A stretch of DNA of 64,000 nt from Amoebidium appalachense (lineage: Eukaryota; Protista; Ichthyosporea), in NCBI GenBank assembly GCA_963693365.1, contig CAVNZM010000004.1:12366468-12430467 (forward strand), written 5' to 3'. Under the pieces are notes generated by a model. It searched no databases. It saw only the letters and a list, made by a program, of their open reading frames with translations, and had not been told where the DNA came from. Shown in pieces: positions 58,916 through 64,000 of the stretch. Numbering within the stretch: the stretch's first letter is position 1; each line of letters opens with the position of its first letter. Both the position numbers and the translations under genes were made by a program.

Positions 58916-60501
58916 CCCTCTCTCTCTCCCTCTCTCTTGCTCTCTCTTTCTCTTGCTCTTGCTCTTGCTCTTTTTCTCTCTTTGGGGGGACGGGGAAGGG
59001 GGGGGGGGGGGGGGGGGGTCTGTTATTGCGGGGTACGACTGGATAGATATTTCCTCGTGATAGCTCCAAACGGTAATATCACTGATCGGTTCTGTACAGG
59101 CCAAATCATCGAAGATCGAACCGCCACTACCACCAGTCGAGAAACACGCCAAAGAGTCGCACAAGAAGAAACCCCCTGAAGAATTGCTGAAAAACAAGCT
59201 GAGAATAGCTGCCGAGCTAGTAGGAATTCCATATCCAATCAAAATCAACTTCAAGAAAAAACACCCGCCGATCACAATGGATTCGGAAAACAAGGCGGCG
59301 GCAGCAGGGGCACCAAAAACGAAAAATGAGGGCGGTAGGCCGGCTGACAAAAACGTGGCGGATGAGGAGTTTTTGACGGACAGTGAAGTGCCTAGGACAC
59401 GCTCCTCTGCAAAGGTGAAGAAGGAGCCAGAGGTGGTGGTGTCGGAAACTAAGGAGAAGGAAACACCCACCCCCAAGACCAGTAAAAAGAAGGCGCCGGT
59501 GGAGAAGGAAGGGGTGAAAAGCGTGGGAGATGGGGTGGAAAGGAAAGACACTGGCCGGAAGATAGAGAGTAATGGGTTGGGGACGAAGGTCAAAGCGAAA
59601 TTGGGTGATGGTGGAAGACCTGACGTGGGCGGAGAGGAAAGGACGGGTAGCAGAGGGGAGCGGAGAAAGTCCACCCAACCAACCAGCGAATCGGAGAAGG
59701 CCGATGACGGTAAGTGCATTATTGAGAGGGGAATAGGATGATCCTTGTCTGTTTTGTGAGTTTATGATGTGTGTTTGTGTTAGAGGAATGTGTATGTGTA
59801 TGGGAAAGGGGGTTTATAGCTGATGATTGACACTACGGCATCATTGGCATCATAGTTGCGGGGGGGGGGGGGGGGGGGGGGATAATCGGGTGAGCTGGAG
59901 ATTGGCTTATAGTAGATTCCTGTCGTGCAAACACATCCCATCCCCCGGCGCAAGATGGAGATATATATACACGTGGGCACCATGGCTCTGCTTGTGCAAG
60001 AAAATGTCATGACTGAAGAGGTTCGTTCTCAATGATTGAGGAATCGGGCGGCTGAAATGGCCCACAAAGGACGTGGGTATGGGTCTGTGTTCGTGTTCCG
60101 GATTGGGAAGAAATGGCGTGTGTTGGGCAGTGAGTTTTTGATGGTGGTGGTGTGCCTTTTCCTTTTTGTGTGTGGGTGGGTGGGGGGAGGGGGGGGGGGG
60201 GGGGGGGTTGAGCTGTGTGACGAAATGTTGATGCTTTGCCTAGTTGTGGTGGGGAAGAGCCAGTGCTTACTTCGTTCCATGCAGGCCGGCTGGGCAGTGA
60301 CCTGGAGAGTGATGAGAGTGCACGTCGCAGCAGCCGGTCAAGAAGGGGCAGCCTACGGGCAGGCACAGAGGTGATGGGGGACCAGTCTACCCTGGGCTGG
60401 AAATACCGTGTGCATGAGCGGGTGTGGGCCCTGTCCTACTATGACGGCAAGATTTACAGTGCAACGGTATGTGTGTGTTGCAAAAGTCCGATTCTCGTGT
60501 T

Positions 60502-60544
<43 letters not shown>

Positions 60545-60724
60545 CTCCCTCCCCGGTGGTGTTGTCGTCATTGTTCTAATTTCTTCAATGCACTTAAAAT
60601 GCTACTTTTGGACTTTTGGGTGCGGGAGGGGGGGGGGGGGGCTTCGGCAAACGGTTTAGGAAAGTGACGGCCTGGGCAAACCTTTTCCCCCTTTTTTTTT
60701 GTTGGTGTTTATGTTTGGGAAGAT

Positions 60725-60768
<44 letters not shown>

Positions 60769-61301
60769 ATTGATTTATAGGCTTTATGTGACGCATGCAA
60801 GTACTTGCTGACTGGCGGGCAGGTCAAGGACCGGAAGCTCATGAGCAGCGGACGGGAGGCACGTGTGTCGTCACGCAACCCGCCCACAGCCCACTACCTC
60901 GTGCACTACATGGGCTGGGATGACAAGTAGGTCTTGACGGACCCCGAGGGGAAGGGGGTGGGGTTGGTTGGTGTGTGTGTGGGGGGGGGGGGGGGGGGGG
61001 GGGGGGCTGGCATGGCATGGTCACGGTAGTGTTGGTGGACAGAGTAAAACGAGAGAGAGAGGACCCGGGGGGGGGGGGGACGGGAGGGATTAAGCTTCCA
61101 TGCAGGCTTGTATCTCATGGAGATAGAAGTAATCATTACTTCTTTTTTCTTTTTTGGGGGGAGGGGGGGGGGGGGGGAGGGGGAGGGGGAGGTACAGTTA
61201 AAAGAGCACAGGTGCAATTGAAGGCCTCATGGGCACCCTTCTATAGATTCCCTTTTGTGCGTTTGTGTGTGTTTGAGTGTGTGTGTTTTTTTTTTTTTTG
61301 G

Positions 61302-61332
<31 letters not shown>

Positions 61333-61581
61333 CTCGATAGAAAAAAAGGTGATCTTTCGTGTAGGGTGTGGTTGGGCCTCCATTACTGAAGAGGTCTTTG
61401 GCTGGGAACTTCACTCGCGCTGGGCCCCGCCTCTGTTGCCCATATGTTGCATGCTCGTTTTGATGTATGTCTATGAACTGCACCATGTTCTTCTTCGTGC
61501 CCTTGCACTTGGCATTGTGTACCCCTCATCCTACCCTCCTCCCCTCCCCCCCCTCCCCCCCCCCCCCCCCCCCCCCCCTTT

Positions 61582-61616
<35 letters not shown>

Positions 61617-62472
61617 TGTGCGGGGTTGCACATACCGGTGTCTACTTTTCTTCTTACTGTTTTTCTCTCCACACACTTCATCTGTCCACTTCTGCATACC
61701 CCCTTTCATAGCTATAGACACACTTCACACATTGCGTTACGCGCACGCATGCACACACCGCTCTGTTGGCGACAGCTCCCTTGGAACCCATGCGGCATGT
61801 TACCCGCCGGCGTAACACAACTCGGACTATCGGTTTGGCTTTTTTCAAGCCCAAAGCAATGGGTGATACCATATTTCCGGCTGACATCCGGGGGCATAGC
61901 TTTCCGTTCGAAGACGATAAAGTTCCGCCCTAGTAAGCGTGTTACTACCCTGCGGCGTGGGTGAAATCTCATATTTTCCCCTCTGATTGCGAATTCTGCG
62001 GCCTTCGGGACTTAATTCTTTTCAGCTGGTGTAGTATGTTAGCCAGGGAAGTATCGACTTAGGTATCGACGGGGGAGCTTCCTAGAAGCCCCGTCTCCTG
62101 AGTTCCTATCTATATTTTTCTTGCTTCTGCTTACTGCTGCAACTTTAACCCCCGGCCTTTCCCACTGCCCTTGCCTGCATAAGCAACCCTGCTCGTCTCT
62201 GATCAAGACGGGTGACCTACTCATGTTCAAGTGAAACAGTATCTGAGTTGGGTTTCGTTGACGAGGGGAATAGGTCGAAACTCGGGTACTGTGGATGACG
62301 TGGGCCCCCCCTGAGGATGGGCTCTGCTTATTATGCATACTCTTTATGTATGGCTTGCATTCTGCATCGTGTTATCCGTTTGTTCTTGTGTACTTCGTAC
62401 TTTTTGACGCATTCAAAACCCCCCCCTCCCCCCCCCCCCCCCCCCCCACCACCACCATCACCACCACCACCA

Positions 62473-62529
<57 letters not shown>

Positions 62530-62681
62530 ACCACCACCCAGCCACCCTTCTCTTTCCGTTCCCTCGGGTTCTATCCCCGTTGCCCCTTTGACCCATGAGT
62601 ATATGTTCGTGGCCGCATTGCACTTTGTCCGACACATTTCATTTCTCACATGCATGTTTCCCCCTTCTCGTTCGTTTTCAA

Positions 62682-62712
<31 letters not shown>

Positions 62713-62948
62713 AATAATAAATAAATAAATAAATAAAATAAAAAATAAAGAAAAAAACGGGTACTGTGGATGACTTTGGCCCCCACTGACGATGGCTTCT
62801 GTTCATTATGCATGCTTGTTATGTATGCTGTGCACTCTATATTGTGTTGTCCGTCACGAATGTGTATTTCGTACTCTATAACACGTTCTAACTCCCCCTC
62901 CACACATACACATAGACATACTCACCCGCGCGCGCGCCTCTCTCTCTC

Positions 62949-62989
<41 letters not shown>

Positions 62990-62998
62990 TCTCTCTCT

Positions 62999-63073
<75 letters not shown>

Positions 63074-64000
63074 CCCCCCTCTCTCTCCCCCTCTCCCCCC
63101 CCCCCCTCTCTCTCTCTTTCTCTCCCTCTCCAGGTATGACGAGTGGATTGATGAGACGCAGATATACCACGAAGACCCCAACGAGACGCTCCTAACAAAG
63201 GGCAAGAAGAGGCCCCACAGCTCCGAAGTCATCACCCTCCCCTCTGCCGACGAAGGCAACCAGAAACGAATTCGTTTGGAGGAAACAAACACCCCGGAAC
63301 CGGATCCTGAGGCCAACCCGGAGCCGGAACAGGAACCTGAACCGAAAAAAGAAACGGAAACTAAACCGGCACTGGAGGAGAAAGAAAGTGGAGAAGTGGA
63401 GAAACCCCCACTGGACACGGAAATGGAAGTCGAAAAAGACGATTCGCCTGAAGAAACCCCACCGTCACCGTCGCCACCACCGCCATCACCACCACCCGCG
63501 CCGCCCAAGGTTAGCCATAAGAAAGGTGCAAGTGGAATTCACAAGAAGGGGGCAAGTCACAAGAAAGGGGCAAGTCATAAAAAGGGGGCCAGTCATAAGA
63601 AGGGGGAGAGTCATAAGAAGGGAGCAAGTCACAAGAAAAAGGTTCCGGAGTCGGCGACGGAGGGAGATAGTGGGGATGGTGGGGGCCAGTTGCCACCGGA
63701 CAAGGCGGAGGGCCATTTGGAGGTGCCGCATGTGGAGGGAGGGAGGAAACGAACACACTCTGAGTCATCTGCAGGCGCCACGTTAATGACGGGGGAACGA
63801 CGGAAAACACGGAGCCAGAGGGAGGAGGGGGCAGAGGAGGAAAGCACGGACATGGGGCAGGTGGAGGTGGAGGGGGCGGAGGAGAGTGTGACGGAGGGTG
63901 GGGAGGAGGATCAGCCAAGGAAGAGGCAGAGACGGCCTTCACTCTGGGCCGTGGATGATGTTGCTAGAAGGCCGGACGAGCAAGAGGGTGGGCTGCCAGT
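53110..64000 (+). CDS. ARID4/RBBP1-like chromatin protein (double Tudor, RBB1NT/PWWP-like, chromo-barrel); continues past the window end
   Basis: Exons 53110-53286 (LEIGTEVSAKYKGAFCEAVIK), 54237-54351 (NIRGQVRLHGLVEA...GTIVRITDNSIYTV), 55093-55252 (VFDDGDVRTVKR), 55630-55707, 56742-56937 (VAVFV...FWKPAL), 57383-57471 (VVPP...ILVRYLDDFTY), 58196-58376, 59100-59709, 60285-60466 (YRVHERVWA...GKIYSAT), 60823-60926 (YLVHYMGWDDK), 63134->64000 (YDEWIDETQI...). The N-terminus closely matches the ARID4A/B GTDVSAKYRGAFCEA...VFDDGD signature. The start could also be ATG 53131. Confidence 0.88.
53410..53650 (+). ncRNA. Structured intronic repeat/candidate ncRNA, copy B (diverged; ARID4-like intron 1)
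   Basis: cgaggagcttcaaagaaacctcgtctcctga...tgctgcaaccttaacccc...cctgcttgtctttattgaagacgag...ggtacctgagctgggtttc...ggggtcgaaagtcaagtacc aligns with 62068-62300. Confidence 0.45.
57005..57095 (+). repeat. Partial (3' part) copy C of the structured intronic repeat
   Basis: ggtcgaaacgtgggtact...gacatggacccctcctaaggatgggctgtgcttatgatgcat matches 62273-62340. Confidence 0.6.
62068..62340 (+). ncRNA. Structured intronic repeat/candidate ncRNA, copy D (ARID4-like intron 10)
   Basis: Stems: GACGGG..GCTTC/GAAGC CCCGTC (62068-62095); ATAAGCA/TGCTTAT (62179/62325); CTCGTC/GACGGG (62192/62207); GTATCTGAGTT/AACTCGGGTAC (62239/62279); GACCTA/TAGGTC (62214/62271); GGGCCC/GGGCTC (62302/62319). Confidence 0.5.
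62755..62855 (+). repeat. Partial (3' part) copy E of the structured intronic repeat
   Basis: cgggtactgtggatgactttggcccccactgacgatggcttctgttcattatgcat...atgtatg matches 62283-62375. Confidence 0.65.

Noticed and set aside
58748-59719. 323-aa minus-strand ORF
   Set aside because: Antisense shadow of the purine-rich ARID4-like exon 59100-59709 plus repeats.
62239-62325. Hammerhead, HDV-like or tRNA assignment for the structured repeat (CTGAGGA, CGAAAC, A/B-box-like words)
   Set aside because: Core elements are in the wrong order or lack the required helices consistently across copies, and no cloverleaf with an anticodon arm forms. Left unclassified.

Overview
Eukaryotic genomic DNA, intron-rich and saturated with (GT/CA)n, (CT/GA)n and poly-G/poly-C tracts. 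Most ORFs in the supplied track are microsatellite artefacts, so genes were rebuilt by hand from splice sites with phase checks. Six genes are supported: (1) a 2-exon gene resembling herpesvirus-tegument-like (Peptidase C76/VTD-type) deubiquitinases (-, 1971-3837); (2) a ~24-exon coiled-coil protein with a C-terminal Num1/Mcp5-type PH domain (-, 11694-~27931); (3) acyl-CoA-binding protein (+, 28706-30231); (4) a bacterial-looking LOG/SLOG (TIGR00725-like) gene with one intron and an apparent frameshift in a T7 run (+, 30821-33487); (5) a 14-exon ATG1/ULK kinase (-, 36865-49532); (6) an ARID4/RBBP1-like Tudor-RBB1NT-chromobarrel gene with no ARID domain at the usual position (+, 53110 to beyond the window end). 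The mix of animal-like and fungus-like genes suggests a unicellular opisthokont (inference only). Non-coding highlights are several MITE-like inverted repeats, a CCAAT-dense divergent intergenic region, and poly-C/(CA)n tracts placed next to splice sites. The most striking is a ~170-270 nt element found in five intronic copies, always in the host gene's sense orientation, whose stems show compensatory and G-U changes and a possible pseudoknot. It is a candidate undescribed structured RNA family.
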